From: Candidatus Hydrogenedentota bacterium
Lineage (GTDB): Bacteria; Hydrogenedentota; Hydrogenedentia; Hydrogenedentales; SLHB01
Length of the DNA stretch: 64,000 nt
Assembly (NCBI GenBank): GCA_963674865.2
Contig: CAXXYE010000003.1
Coordinates: 224,001-288,000 of the forward strand
Direction: 5' to 3'
The notes beneath the pieces are model-generated. The model was not told the origin of the DNA, made no database searches, and saw only the letters and a program-made list of their open reading frames with translations. Within the stretch, counting starts at the first letter, position 1, and each line of letters begins with the position of its first letter. Below are positions 16,947 through 27,195 of this stretch, one piece after another. Made by a program: the position numbers and the translations under genes.

Positions 16947-18269
16947 TCAGAGGGCTTCCCGGCGCGTGCCCCAGGCTCTGTACTGCTCGCCTCGCTCGAT
17001 CATGTCCTGCGCCAATGCGCGGACGCGGGCCATGGCTCCGCCATCGTGGACGCCATTGAACCGCCGCAGGCACATAGGCTGTGCTTCGATGAGTCGCCGT
17101 TTCGTAGCGGGATCGGTGAGGGCCGACTCGATGGCCGCCTCTATCTGAGACTCACTGCGGGCAATGAGCACAGCGTCGGCGTCGGTAAATAGCGGCCCGA
17201 GCCCCTCCTCGAAGACCTCGGCGGGAACCGTGTCCAGCACGATGTTGACGACGGGCTTGCCCCAGAGAATGGCCTCGATACCGAGGTTTGATTCTATGCA
17301 GACGAGCACATCCGAGGCGGCCAGGCATTCATGTGGGGGGGCGAAGTCGACGTACAGAGGCGGTAGGCCGAGCTTTTGGGCATGCTCCAGGAGTCCTTCG
17401 AGACCTCGCCAACCGCCCGGGTGCGGCCTAATGATGAATTGCCAGTCAGGATAGCGTTGCTTCAGGCGGGCGCACGCGTTAAGGGCGGCCTCAGCCGTTC
17501 TGAGGCCGTACTCCAAGTTGCCCAAGGTGGCGACGCTAATCCCGCTGCAGCGCGTAAGCCCAAGTGCGACAGTGGGTAGTCTCGGATCGAGTCCCATGCG
17601 CGCACAGACTTCCTCCTTCAGCCCAGTGCGGGGAGGACGCGCGTAAACATCCCAGTCCGGATTGCCCGTGACGCGGATGCGGTTCGGATCGTCGACATAG
17701 GGAAGGAAGACGGATTTGGCCGCGTCGCTGTACACCGCCATCATATCGGCGACAACCGCTTCATGGCCATGCTGGGTGCCGTAGGGAAACCCATGGAGCA
17801 CGTGCAACGCGGGGATGCCAAGCCGCTGGGCCGCGCGTATGGCCGTCTTGGGATCGCGCCCCGTGTCCTCGGGCACGAGCACGAGGCGAAGATTGCTTTC
17901 CGACGCGCATCGGCGCACAAGGTCCACGAGAACGATCTGCTCGATGAGATCTCGCTGAAGTGCCTTGAGAAGCCTGGCGCGTGTGGTGGCCCATGCTGTG
18001 TCGCTGAACTCCGGCCAAGCGCGGCGGAAACTCGGCTCGGAAAGCGCGTGCACGATGGCCGCAAGGCGCGCCTCGGCCTCGGAGACGGCATGCTCGCGCA
18101 TCTCGGGCGTAAGGAGGTCGTCCAGCCGTGTGTGCGCGATGCCGGCCTCCGTCAACACGCGGGCCGTTGCATCGTGAAGGGCTACGAACTTGAGGTCGGC
18201 CCGCTCAAGAAGGGCGCGTGCGATAGCATCGCTGCCGCGGATCATTCCGAGCAGGACGGCCGGGATCAC
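16947..18269 (-). CDS. GT-B fold surface-polysaccharide biosynthesis protein (glycerophosphotransferase/capsule-biosynthesis-like)
   Basis: Motifs LHG, VTGNP, RPHP and SNLGIEAILWGKPVV. Confidence 0.6.
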   Translation of the reverse strand: MIPAVLLGMIRGSDAIARALLERADLKFVALHDATARVLTEAGIAHTRLDDLLTPEMREHAVSEAEARLAAIVHALSEPSFRRAWPEFSDTAWATTRARLLKALQRDLIEQIVLVDLVRRCASESNLRLVLVPEDTGRDPKTAIRAAQRLGIPALHVLHGFPYGTQHGHEAVVADMMAVYSDAAKSVFLPYVDDPNRIRVTGNPDWDVYARPPRTGLKEEVCARMGLDPRLPTVALGLTRCSGISVATLGNLEYGLRTAEAALNACARLKQRYPDWQFIIRPHPGGWRGLEGLLEHAQKLGLPPLYVDFAPPHECLAASDVLVCIESNLGIEAILWGKPVVNIVLDTVPAEVFEEGLGPLFTDADAVLIARSESQIEAAIESALTDPATKRRLIEAQPMCLRRFNGVHDGGAMARVRALAQDMIERGEQYRAWGTRREAL

Positions 18270-18484
18270 GGCGCGTCCTCCGGCGATGCTTCGAGGAGGG
18301 CGTTCATGATCTCCGGGCCTAGAAGGTATTCGTCGGCCTCGCCCAGATTGACGCCGTGATATTCGAGTGCCGCCCGAACGTCCGGGTGGCGGTGCCAGTT
18401 GGCGGCGAATCGCAAGGCCGTCACCTCGAAAGGATGTTTACTGCGCGCGGTGGCCGCGTCACGCTCCCTAAGTCCGTCGTCCAT
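18266..18484 (-). CDS. Small hypothetical protein (72 aa)
   Basis: The stop overlaps the next GTG (GTGA). Natural amino-acid composition. Confidence 0.55.
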   Translation of the reverse strand: MDDGLRERDAATARSKHPFEVTALRFAANWHRHPDVRAALEYHGVNLGEADEYLLGPEIMNALLEASPEDAP

Positions 18485-18544
18485 TCGGGAGGCGTCTCCT
18501 CCTATGGTTGGCCTAGCCTAGACTGGGCCGTGCCCTTGGCCGTT

Positions 18545-20656
18545 TCAGACGCGATCGAATTCCGTGCGCAGCAGAATCTCGGCCTGCATCTCCGGCGAAA
18601 GGCGCGTGAAATAGTCGCAATATCCCCCGATGCGAACCAAGAGATCCCGATAGTGCTCAGGAGATTCCTGAGCCTTTCGCAGGACATCCTTGTCCACCAC
18701 GTTGATCTGTGTCTCAAATCCTCCGCGCCTCAGAAACGTGGTAACCAAATCCCCCAATCGATGATGCGCCTCCGCGTCTTGAAAGAGCGACTGGTTGAAT
18801 TTCATGTTATAGGCGGCGCCGCCGATGAAGGGGGCTTGATTCCATGATGTCGTGGACAAGACCGCCGCCGTTGGGCCGGTGCGTTCACGCCCTTGGGCGG
18901 GCCCGCACCCATCGGCAAAGGGGAAGCCCGCCTGACGGCCGTCCGGGGTCGCCCCGCACTTGCGGCCCAGGAATTCGTGCATCACCCAGCAAAAAGACCC
19001 CGGCACGAACGGACTGCCATCAGGGAGCATGGTCTGTTCAGCACAAGCCGCCACGCACCGGTTGACGGTGTCCTGTACGAGGGCGTCAACTTCGGGAGAA
19101 TCATTGCCGTACTTGGCGTGCGTCTGGAGAAATCGGATGCGGATAGGTTCGCTACCGGCGAAGTTCGCGTCCAGCAACGCCTTCATTTCCGCGAGTGTCA
19201 GTTGTTGCCCGCGATAGACCTCCTCGCGGATCACGTTCATTGAGTCGGCCAAATTGGCCAAGCCGACGAAAGAGCATTCGACCCAGTTGTACACCGCGCC
19301 GCCATCATCGACGTCCTTGCCGCGCGCAATGCAGTCACGCGTGAAAACGCTCTGCAGGGGCTTCCTGCCGCGGACGCGGCGATGCTCGCGCGAGCGATTC
19401 TCCTCCGTGGCGGCCTCGGCGATGTGTCTTGCCAACCGCTCGTGATAGCGCTCGACGAACGCCTCGAAGGTTGCCGCCGGTGCGCCGGACGTAACCTGCT
19501 CGGCGATTTCTTCAAGGAGGTATTGGCAAAGGGGGAAGTACGGCGAGGCCACCCACACATTGCTGGCGCCGACGGGCGTAATCTCGACACAGGTTGAGTT
19601 GATGTAGTTGCACGCCTGCTCGGGCGGGGCGCCGAGCTCCTTCAGTCCGCGCTGGATTGTCTCGTCGCCGAAGAACGCCGGCGTCGAATATCCCTTTCCG
19701 ATAAGCTCGATGGCGAGGGCCGTCAGGTCCCGGGGGGTGCCTTCGTGCCAGCAGATGCCCACCGTCGGATAGATCAGTTTTGTCCGCCGCACGGCTTCGA
19801 GGCCGAGGTAGGACAACTCGTTCGTCACGTCCGTGCCCGCGGCGTCGCGTCCGCCGACCATCACCGACATGGCCAAGCCGTCCGGGATGAGTTCATTGAT
19901 CAGCAGGTACAGGCTCTCGACCAGAACAAGCGCCTTGTCTCTTGTGATGCGGCCCGCGGCTTGATCCGCCTCGTAAAATGGGCGAAGCGTGCGGTCGATA
20001 TGGCCCGGTACCACCAGTCCGACCCCCTCGCCTACCATGACGGCGAAGTCTACCAGCCAAAGCAACTGAATGGCGTCGCGGAAGGTGGCCGGCGGCTCGT
20101 GAGCGACCCGCGCCAACGACTCGGCCATCTCGGCCAATTCTTCACGCCGCGCGGCATCCGCTTCTTCCATCTTGCCCTGGACAAGCGCATGGGCGTGCTC
20201 GATCATGGTGGAGAAGCCATCAAGCGCGTAGAGGAAGGATTGATACGCGTCCTTCTGCTCCCCGGACGCGGCGGATAGGCGGGCCGCGATGTCTTCCCGG
20301 AGCCCGGCCACGCCGACGGCAAATAGGCGCGAGAGATCCAGCTCGCAATGGCCCGTCTGGCCTCTTGAGCGGACATGCTCGCGCCAGTACGTGTGCGCGG
20401 CTTCGTGTTCCTCCTCGGAGCCCTGGTTCGGGCAGGGCGCGCGTCGGCCGGCCAGAAGCTCCAAGTCGTCCAAGGCGAATTCGACCGCCGCCAAGGTATC
20501 GCGCGTCAGGAGGCCCTTGCGAACCTGCCACGACGCGATGTGCTCGGATCCTCGCATGGATGCGGCGCACACCAGGAGATTATCGCGGCAAGCCTGTTCT
20601 TTGCGCTCAATACACCGCCACCGCAATGTCGCGATTCGTTCGTCGTCGGTTGCCAT
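18545..20656 (-). CDS. Glycyl radical enzyme (PFL superfamily), unknown substrate
   Basis: Gly loop LLVRIGGY, Cys loop NSTCVEI, and KYGND, ATPDGR and QINVVD motifs. Confidence 0.92.
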   Translation of the reverse strand: MATDDERIATLRWRCIERKEQACRDNLLVCAASMRGSEHIASWQVRKGLLTRDTLAAVEFALDDLELLAGRRAPCPNQGSEEEHEAAHTYWREHVRSRGQTGHCELDLSRLFAVGVAGLREDIAARLSAASGEQKDAYQSFLYALDGFSTMIEHAHALVQGKMEEADAARREELAEMAESLARVAHEPPATFRDAIQLLWLVDFAVMVGEGVGLVVPGHIDRTLRPFYEADQAAGRITRDKALVLVESLYLLINELIPDGLAMSVMVGGRDAAGTDVTNELSYLGLEAVRRTKLIYPTVGICWHEGTPRDLTALAIELIGKGYSTPAFFGDETIQRGLKELGAPPEQACNYINSTCVEITPVGASNVWVASPYFPLCQYLLEEIAEQVTSGAPAATFEAFVERYHERLARHIAEAATEENRSREHRRVRGRKPLQSVFTRDCIARGKDVDDGGAVYNWVECSFVGLANLADSMNVIREEVYRGQQLTLAEMKALLDANFAGSEPIRIRFLQTHAKYGNDSPEVDALVQDTVNRCVAACAEQTMLPDGSPFVPGSFCWVMHEFLGRKCGATPDGRQAGFPFADGCGPAQGRERTGPTAAVLSTTSWNQAPFIGGAAYNMKFNQSLFQDAEAHHRLGDLVTTFLRRGGFETQINVVDKDVLRKAQESPEHYRDLLVRIGGYCDYFTRLSPEMQAEILLRTEFDRV

Positions 20657-20721
20657 CGTTCAAATCCTTCAATTCCGTCCTGTCAACGCACTGCTCTGGG
20701 CCGTGGCCCGGGCGGCAGAGA

Positions 20722-22401
20722 CTACAGGTATCCTAATCCCATGAGCTTCTTTCGGATCTCTTCCTGCTCCTCCTCGGAGAGGCCCGAGGCATCATCGCCG
20801 TCACCGGCGTCGACGTGGCAAGAGGCCACCGGGTGCTCGGCCAGGTACTGCGGATCCAGCAAATGCGTGAGCACACGGCCGTCCATGTCATCCGGCACGG
20901 GCTGATCGAGCAAGTGCAGGACTGTGGGGCCGATGTCGATCAAGTTGGCGTCGTCCACCGTTCCGGTGCGAATCCCCGGGCCTTTGGCGGCAAGCACGCC
21001 CTCCATCCGGTGGTTGCCGAACAAGGTGTTGTTCTCGTATACCGGTTCCTTCGAGGTGAATCCGAAGAAGCACACCGGCAGATACTTCTCCGCCAATGGG
21101 AGAGGCATCACATCCGGGCCGTACTTCGCATAGGGGCCGTGAAACATCTCGGCGTTGGTGGTTACCGGCCCGCCAACCGGCTCACCCGTCATGGGATTCA
21201 CAAGTTCCTTCCATCGGGCCACCAGCTCGTCGCGAACGGCCTCGTAATCCTCCGGCGCAACGCAGCCATTCGGGCGGATGCCCTGTGTGTTGATGAAGAT
21301 CCCGCTCCAGCCGAAAGGGGCGAAGGCCCGCGTCCGCGTCCAGTCCACATCGTTGAGATTGAGCATGCCGGGGATGTTGATCGCGCCCGTTGATTTGCGT
21401 ATGGCCGCTTCCGGTGAAGCGGCCTTGAACCGCCCTGCAAGTTTGAGGATGGGCGCCAGCAAGCGCGTGGCATTGTGCGGTGTTACGCCAAGATCCCACA
21501 AGAACCTTTTGAAGCGGACGCCGAAGCTGTCCTTAAGTGTGATGAATCCTTCGCGGAGAAGCCAGCTATTGAGGTCAATGAAGTGATGCGTCGCCCCGAA
21601 GCCGTGGTCGGATATCACGAACACGGCGGCGTCCGGGCCGGCCTGCTCGGCCAGACGGCCGATGTGCTCGTCGATCATGGCATAGTAGGCGTCGATACGT
21701 GGGCCGAACCGCTCTGCCATACGCGGGTCGTAGCGTGGGTGGTCAGGATCCATCCAACTCCACAACTCGTGCTGCACTCGATCCGTCCCCCAGATGTGCA
21801 GCATCGTGAAATCCGGCTGGAAGCGTTCGGAAAGCTGCTCGGCGACCTGGAACTTGGTCTTGTCCATGAGCTCCAGCTCATCGAGGAAGCGCGTCGCGTT
21901 GTACTCGGAGCCCGCGCTGACAAACGCCATGGACTCGAAGAACAGCGGATACGGGCCGAAGTCCGCCTCCAGTTCATCCACAAGCTCATTGGGATAGGCG
22001 AAGTCCTTGGCGCCCGCGGGCGTCAGGAAGCCGCTGATCATGGCGCCCTGGATGGGCCTCGGCGGATACGTGGTCGGCACATTGAGGACTAGCGATGTCT
22101 TGCCCGCCGCGCTCAGGTATTCCCAAAACGCCTTTCCGTGCCATGCATGCGCATTTACCGGAACATGCGTTTGGGTGTCGGGCTGATACACCAGGAAATC
22201 GAAGACGCCGTGCTTGCCGGGATTCTTCCCCGTCATGAAGGACGGCCAAGCCGCGGGTGTTTCGGGAGGATAGATGGAGCGGAGGTCACCCATGGCGCCC
22301 GCTTCCGCGAGACGTTTGAGGTTGGGCATTTGCCCGGCCGCCATCCTGGGCTTGAGGATGTCCCAGTGGGCGCCGTCGAGGCCGATTACAACAACGCGCA
22401 T
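20722..22401 (-). CDS. Alkaline phosphatase superfamily protein (type I phosphodiesterase/nucleotide pyrophosphatase-like)
   Basis: Motifs IGLDGA, PPETPAAWPSFMTG, SDHGF, GNHR and C-terminal LGYL. Confidence 0.88.
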   Translation of the reverse strand: MRVVVIGLDGAHWDILKPRMAAGQMPNLKRLAEAGAMGDLRSIYPPETPAAWPSFMTGKNPGKHGVFDFLVYQPDTQTHVPVNAHAWHGKAFWEYLSAAGKTSLVLNVPTTYPPRPIQGAMISGFLTPAGAKDFAYPNELVDELEADFGPYPLFFESMAFVSAGSEYNATRFLDELELMDKTKFQVAEQLSERFQPDFTMLHIWGTDRVQHELWSWMDPDHPRYDPRMAERFGPRIDAYYAMIDEHIGRLAEQAGPDAAVFVISDHGFGATHHFIDLNSWLLREGFITLKDSFGVRFKRFLWDLGVTPHNATRLLAPILKLAGRFKAASPEAAIRKSTGAINIPGMLNLNDVDWTRTRAFAPFGWSGIFINTQGIRPNGCVAPEDYEAVRDELVARWKELVNPMTGEPVGGPVTTNAEMFHGPYAKYGPDVMPLPLAEKYLPVCFFGFTSKEPVYENNTLFGNHRMEGVLAAKGPGIRTGTVDDANLIDIGPTVLHLLDQPVPDDMDGRVLTHLLDPQYLAEHPVASCHVDAGDGDDASGLSEEEQEEIRKKLMGLGYL

Positions 22402-22510
22402 TATCGTAGCTCTTTCATAAGAAACGCCCCGTTGGTTCGGGGTCGTCAAGTCTGTTTTGCGCATCCGGCCGTGACTCTAGGGCCTTTCGGCGAATGCGCC
22501 ATACGTATCT

Positions 22511-23506
22511 TCAGCGTATGCGGCTCTCGGCGGCGCCGAGCCACATGTCCACGTTCTCGCCGAGATGCTGTTTCAAGGCGATTGTCGCTTCGTCAAGCGC
22601 TTCGAGCGTCTTCTCGTTGAGGCGCAAATCCACGGCCGCGCAGTTGCGCGCCACCTGAGCCGCCTTGCGCGCGCCGACCAACACCGTGCTCACACCCGGC
22701 TGCGCCATCGACCACGCGAGGGCCACCGTTGCCATCGGCTGTCCGAGTGCGTCGGCCACGGCGCGGATCTTACCGAGCGTCTCCATCGTCAGATCTTCGC
22801 AACCGTCCTCACCGTGGCGGGCGCCTTCCCGCGAGCCGTCGAAGTGCCGTGTACGGCGCCGCAACATGGGAATCTCATCCACTGTGCTCCAGCGCCCCGC
22901 GAGCAGGCCTTGCATGAGCGGCATATAGGCGATGATGCCGACGCCGTGCTCGATGCAGGCCGGGACAACGCCGTACTCGACGGCGCGGAAGATGATGTTG
23001 TAACCCACCTGGTTCGATACGGCTGTGCCCTCAGCCATCCAATCGGCTAAATCCAGCGGGCCGAAGTTGGAAACTGCGATGGCGCGAATTTTGCCCTCAT
23101 CCTTTAGTTGCACCATCTCCGCATACGTGTCCGCGAAAGACACTTCGCGGCAGGGCCAATGCACCTGATAGATGTCGATCACATCCGTCCCCAAACGTTC
23201 GAGGCTGGCCTCGCAGGCTTGGCGAAGCTTGTCCGGGGCGCAATGCTGAGAGGAGACTTTGGAGGCCAGGATGATATCGCCGCGTTTCCTTCCCAAGGCT
23301 TTCCCCAGAATGCGCTCGGATTCGCCGCTGCCGTACATCTCCGCCGTATCAAACAGGTTAATTCCAACATCGATGGCCGCGTCGACGGCCGCCTGCGGGT
23401 CGACGTCCGGGTCGGTTCCCCAGAACTCGGGATCGCCGATTTGCCATGCCCCGAAGGAGAGGACGGAGACATTGAACTCGCTATCGCCGAGTCTGCGGTA
23501 TTCCAT
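22511..23506 (-). CDS. Aldo/keto reductase
   Basis: Motifs FDTAEMYG, ASKV, IDIYQVHWP, VSNF and YMPLMQGLL. Confidence 0.93.
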   Translation of the reverse strand: MEYRRLGDSEFNVSVLSFGAWQIGDPEFWGTDPDVDPQAAVDAAIDVGINLFDTAEMYGSGESERILGKALGRKRGDIILASKVSSQHCAPDKLRQACEASLERLGTDVIDIYQVHWPCREVSFADTYAEMVQLKDEGKIRAIAVSNFGPLDLADWMAEGTAVSNQVGYNIIFRAVEYGVVPACIEHGVGIIAYMPLMQGLLAGRWSTVDEIPMLRRRTRHFDGSREGARHGEDGCEDLTMETLGKIRAVADALGQPMATVALAWSMAQPGVSTVLVGARKAAQVARNCAAVDLRLNEKTLEALDEATIALKQHLGENVDMWLGAAESRIR

Positions 23507-23621
23507 ATTGGCGCCTTTCCTGCGATTACCGTGATATATCGGATTGGGAAGGCAAGTTTGGCACAAAGCCCCGGCGTGCGTCCACCCGAAGCCGTAGAAT
23601 GCGCACGAATGACAAGGGAGC

Positions 23622-25391
23622 TCAGCGCACGACCTTGTTCCGGACGCGGCGGAAGTTGTACCAGAACTTGCGTACGCAGTCGAGGGCTGTCTCGTCCAGA
23701 GCCTGCGGCGAATACGCCGAGCGTACGTAGAGGTCGGTTAGGCCGGTGGCCTCATCGCGCAGCGTGGCCAATTCCCCCGGGAATGACTCGATAAACTCGT
23801 ACGGCGTCTGATCATCCCGCCGCGGCGTGCCGAGGTCGGCGGCCAGCGCGCACAGGGCCTGGTATGCGTACTCGATCTGATCGGCCACGGACATGGACTC
23901 GCTCCGCTCCGGATCGCCCAGGGGATTGGTGTAATTGACGCTCAGAGCGACGCGCCGGCTGATTCGCGGGCGGCGCTTGGGCATTTTGAGTGACGGGAAC
24001 TTGGTGAACTTCTGGAGCAGGCGATCGATGAACTCCAGTAGACGGATCAGCCAGCGGGGCAGATGCTCGTGCTTGCGGACAAAGGCGGCTGCGGCGGCGC
24101 CGAACGTGCGCAGCAGGCCGTAGGCAAGAAACAAGGCCAGAATGACAATCACGCCTCTCCCGATTCGGTTGAAGGCGGTGTTCTGACGCAGGACGGCGGC
24201 CGGGGAGACGCCCAAGTCGCCGTATTTGTACTTGAGGTAGCTCTGTGAATCGATAATGCCCCCGGAATCGTCGATAATCGCGGGGCGCGGGAACGCAGGC
24301 AATGGCAGCGTGCCGGCGCCGATGAACACAGCCACAATCATCACCGCGCCCAGGCCGACCCAGAAAGGGCCGATGCCCGCCGGGATCCGCACGCGGCGGA
24401 AGCGGAAGTACTCGCGCAGGCCTCCCAGGCTTGTCAGCATCAACAGCGTGAGGGCGGAGAGCGTGTAGGCGCTGACGTACAGATGCCCCTTGCGCACCGC
24501 GAGCGTCCCCTCGGCCAGAAGCGCGCGCAAGCCCAGCCCGAAGATGAGCATCACCGGTATCGAGAAGTAGAAGATCGATATGCCCGGGTGGCGTTTCGGC
24601 AACCGCTCTGCCGCTGATAAGGGCGGAGGAGCCTGCTGTTGCTCAGGCTTCTTCCACTCGCTGGGATCGATGGGCTCAAGTTCCATGCTCGGAAACACAT
24701 CGGTGTTTTTCTTCTCACGTTTCCCGGTGGGTGTGGCCGGCTTGGATGTGGCTTGCTTTCCGAGGGACTTCCGGACAAGGCGGGCGGTACCCGTGAGGAT
24801 CCCAATCTCGCCCGACACCGGTTTGGTATCTACGCAGCACTCGTGCGTTAGCCTGTTGGCCACCCACCAGACGAAGCCGACCACGCCTAGGTTGAAGAAT
24901 AAGGCCACTCCCGTTGCATCCAGGAATCCCCCGGCCACGGGGGCACCGTAGAAGCTTGTCATCGCCACCGTGTAGAGCGTAACGGTCATGCCCAGGCCGA
25001 TGATGTAGAGGACGGACTGCTCCTTGCCGTCGCGGGCGACCAGCCGGTTCAGAGCCACAACACCGACGACAAAGCATATGGCCACGAAGCGCAGGTTCTC
25101 CTCGAAAGCACTTGTGAAGGCCGAGCGTACATCAAGGAGGAACTGCACCACCGAGAGCACCATGATGAAGATCATGATGGGAGTGAGTATATCCACAAGC
25201 CAATCCGTCAAGGTGCGCTGCTGAAAGTGGCGCCGACCCGTCTCAACGCTGTCCCGCAGCGACTGAAAATCCGTGGCCACCGGCTCGCGGACAGGTGCTT
25301 GAACCGACGTCAGCGACTGAAAATCCGTTCGCTCGATCGGCTGCGGGGCCTCCGGCGGCTCAGTGTCCGATCTTCTGGGGGGATAGCTCAT
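23622..25391 (-). CDS. Membrane protein with C-terminal DUF4129-like domain
   Basis: Multiple TMs and a C-terminal RRDDQTPYEF...LTDLYVRSAYS region. Confidence 0.7.
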   Translation of the reverse strand: MSYPPRRSDTEPPEAPQPIERTDFQSLTSVQAPVREPVATDFQSLRDSVETGRRHFQQRTLTDWLVDILTPIMIFIMVLSVVQFLLDVRSAFTSAFEENLRFVAICFVVGVVALNRLVARDGKEQSVLYIIGLGMTVTLYTVAMTSFYGAPVAGGFLDATGVALFFNLGVVGFVWWVANRLTHECCVDTKPVSGEIGILTGTARLVRKSLGKQATSKPATPTGKREKKNTDVFPSMELEPIDPSEWKKPEQQQAPPPLSAAERLPKRHPGISIFYFSIPVMLIFGLGLRALLAEGTLAVRKGHLYVSAYTLSALTLLMLTSLGGLREYFRFRRVRIPAGIGPFWVGLGAVMIVAVFIGAGTLPLPAFPRPAIIDDSGGIIDSQSYLKYKYGDLGVSPAAVLRQNTAFNRIGRGVIVILALFLAYGLLRTFGAAAAAFVRKHEHLPRWLIRLLEFIDRLLQKFTKFPSLKMPKRRPRISRRVALSVNYTNPLGDPERSESMSVADQIEYAYQALCALAADLGTPRRDDQTPYEFIESFPGELATLRDEATGLTDLYVRSAYSPQALDETALDCVRKFWYNFRRVRNKVVR

Positions 25392-26649
25392 GTAAGTCCC
25401 GCTCGTGTTCGATATGGAAGACGTTGATCTCGTGACGGGCGAGCAGCGCTGCGGCCTCGGGATAGTGCTGCCGGTCGTTGATGAAGAAGACGCTCACGGC
25501 AAATCCCGAGAGCTTCATAGCTGCGAGCGTCATGGCTAGTTGCTCCGTCACTTGAGGCACCACCGGCAGAAGCGCCGCATCGCGCGGCAGCCTGCTGAAC
25601 TCTGTCATGATGAGGTCCTCGATGCCTAGGCCGTTCCCGGGCACGACCCGCGCCAGATTCTCAATGATATGCAGTGCCTGTGCAGGACTGCGGCGCGTGG
25701 GCACTTGCAGTGGCCGCAGCGTATCGGCGGCATCCTCTCCGACGACGTTTGTCTCGACATCGCTCCGGGCCAGGCTCTCGCGCGATGCCACGTCATACCG
25801 AGCGACCTCGGCGGCGTCACGCGCGTTCGTCAACATCCCCACCTGCTCGCCCGACGTCTGCAAGAGGTAGGCGATGGAGGCTGTTGTGGTGATGGCCAAC
25901 TCCATTCGGCTCTCGGCATCCTCGCGTACGTAGTTATCTTCATGCAGATCAAGCACAAGCGTGGCGCCAAGCACGTTCGACGGCTCGATAACCTTCGAAA
26001 AGAGGGAGCCGGTTCGCGCCGATGCCTTCCAGTGAATCCGGCTCAGTGGATCCCCGGGGATGTACTCACGAACGCCGGAGATTCTCGTGGGATCTTCGTA
26101 GATCCGGTTCGCAATTCGCACCGGCCCTTGGGGCCGGCGCGCGGCGATGTTGAAGGTGTCGATGTAGGCGACATTTGGCAGCACGGAGATGTAGCTCTGC
26201 TGCCGGCCCGTGCGGAATCGCTTCTGGAGGCCGAACAAGTCGCCGGATTCCATAACGAGCGGCCCGACCCGGTGATAGCCGCGACGCGGGCAGGTGAGCC
26301 GGTATTTCAGCTTGATGGAACGCCCCGGCATGAGCACGGCGAGACGCGTATTCTCACCTGAAAGATGGAAGCCTCCTGGAATCAGATCCTCCAGGAAGAT
26401 CCAAGGGATGGGCCATCCTCGGCGATTAGTAGCGGTGACCTCGACCTCGAGATCCTCGCCTTGACGCAGCGTCGTTGCACTGAGAACACGGTGCGATTCG
26501 AGACCGGAGAGCCATGCCAGCGAACTGAAGTGTCCGATTAGCACGAGAAGCAGGAACGCATAGATGGCAAAAGCCATGTACGGACTTTTGGCCAGGAAGG
26601 CCACCGCGAGGGCGGCGCATGCCGCGATGAGCCAGAAGGCATTTTTCAT
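25360..26649 (-). CDS. DUF58 domain-containing protein
   Basis: Motifs RRGYHRVGP, GDLFGL and VREYIPGDPLSRIHWKASAR. ATG at 26649 after GGAG. Confidence 0.9.
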   Translation of the reverse strand: MKNAFWLIAACAALAVAFLAKSPYMAFAIYAFLLLVLIGHFSSLAWLSGLESHRVLSATTLRQGEDLEVEVTATNRRGWPIPWIFLEDLIPGGFHLSGENTRLAVLMPGRSIKLKYRLTCPRRGYHRVGPLVMESGDLFGLQKRFRTGRQQSYISVLPNVAYIDTFNIAARRPQGPVRIANRIYEDPTRISGVREYIPGDPLSRIHWKASARTGSLFSKVIEPSNVLGATLVLDLHEDNYVREDAESRMELAITTTASIAYLLQTSGEQVGMLTNARDAAEVARYDVASRESLARSDVETNVVGEDAADTLRPLQVPTRRSPAQALHIIENLARVVPGNGLGIEDLIMTEFSRLPRDAALLPVVPQVTEQLAMTLAAMKLSGFAVSVFFINDRQHYPEAAALLARHEINVFHIEHERDLHELSPQKIGH

Positions 26650-26739
26650 CACACGTCTCCACGGGCAATGATGAATAAGCTCGCGGGGAAATACAACCGA
26701 GCCAATCGTGCAAGGCGACAAGCCGGCGGAGGGCCGCCT

Positions 26740-27195
26740 CTACTCGACCCCGGTGTGCCCGAATCCCCCGTCGCCCCGGGACGTTTCGTCCAACGCGTCA
26801 ACGGCTTCCCACTGGGCCTTGGCAACAGGCGCAACCACCAATTGCGCGATACGATCGCCCCGCTGCACCGTGAAAGGCTCGTTGCCCAGGTTCACCATCA
26901 CCACGCGGATCTCCCCTCGGTAGTCCGCATCGATGGTGCCGGGCGAGTTAAGCATCGTCACGCCGTGCCTGATGGCGAGTCCGCTCCGGGGCCGGACTTG
27001 CGCTTCGTAGCCGGCCGGCAAGGCGATGTGGAGTCCCGTTGGCACGAGAGCGCGCTCCCCGGGCGCGAGTGTCAGCGGCGTCTGCACGCTCGCCCGGAGA
27101 TCCATGCCCGCCGCATGTGGAGTCTCATAAGCCGGGAGGGGGAGGTCCTCACTTCCCGGTTCGCGCGTTACGCACACTCTCACGGGCGTCGTCAC
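26740..27195 (-). CDS. dut: dUTP diphosphatase
   Basis: Motifs [20 protein letters not shown] and [10 protein letters not shown]. The GTG start overlaps the upstream stop. Confidence 0.96.
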   Translation of the reverse strand: MTTPVRVCVTREPGSEDLPLPAYETPHAAGMDLRASVQTPLTLAPGERALVPTGLHIALPAGYEAQVRPRSGLAIRHGVTMLNSPGTIDADYRGEIRVVMVNLGNEPFTVQRGDRIAQLVVAPVAKAQWEAVDALDETSRGDGGFGHTGVE

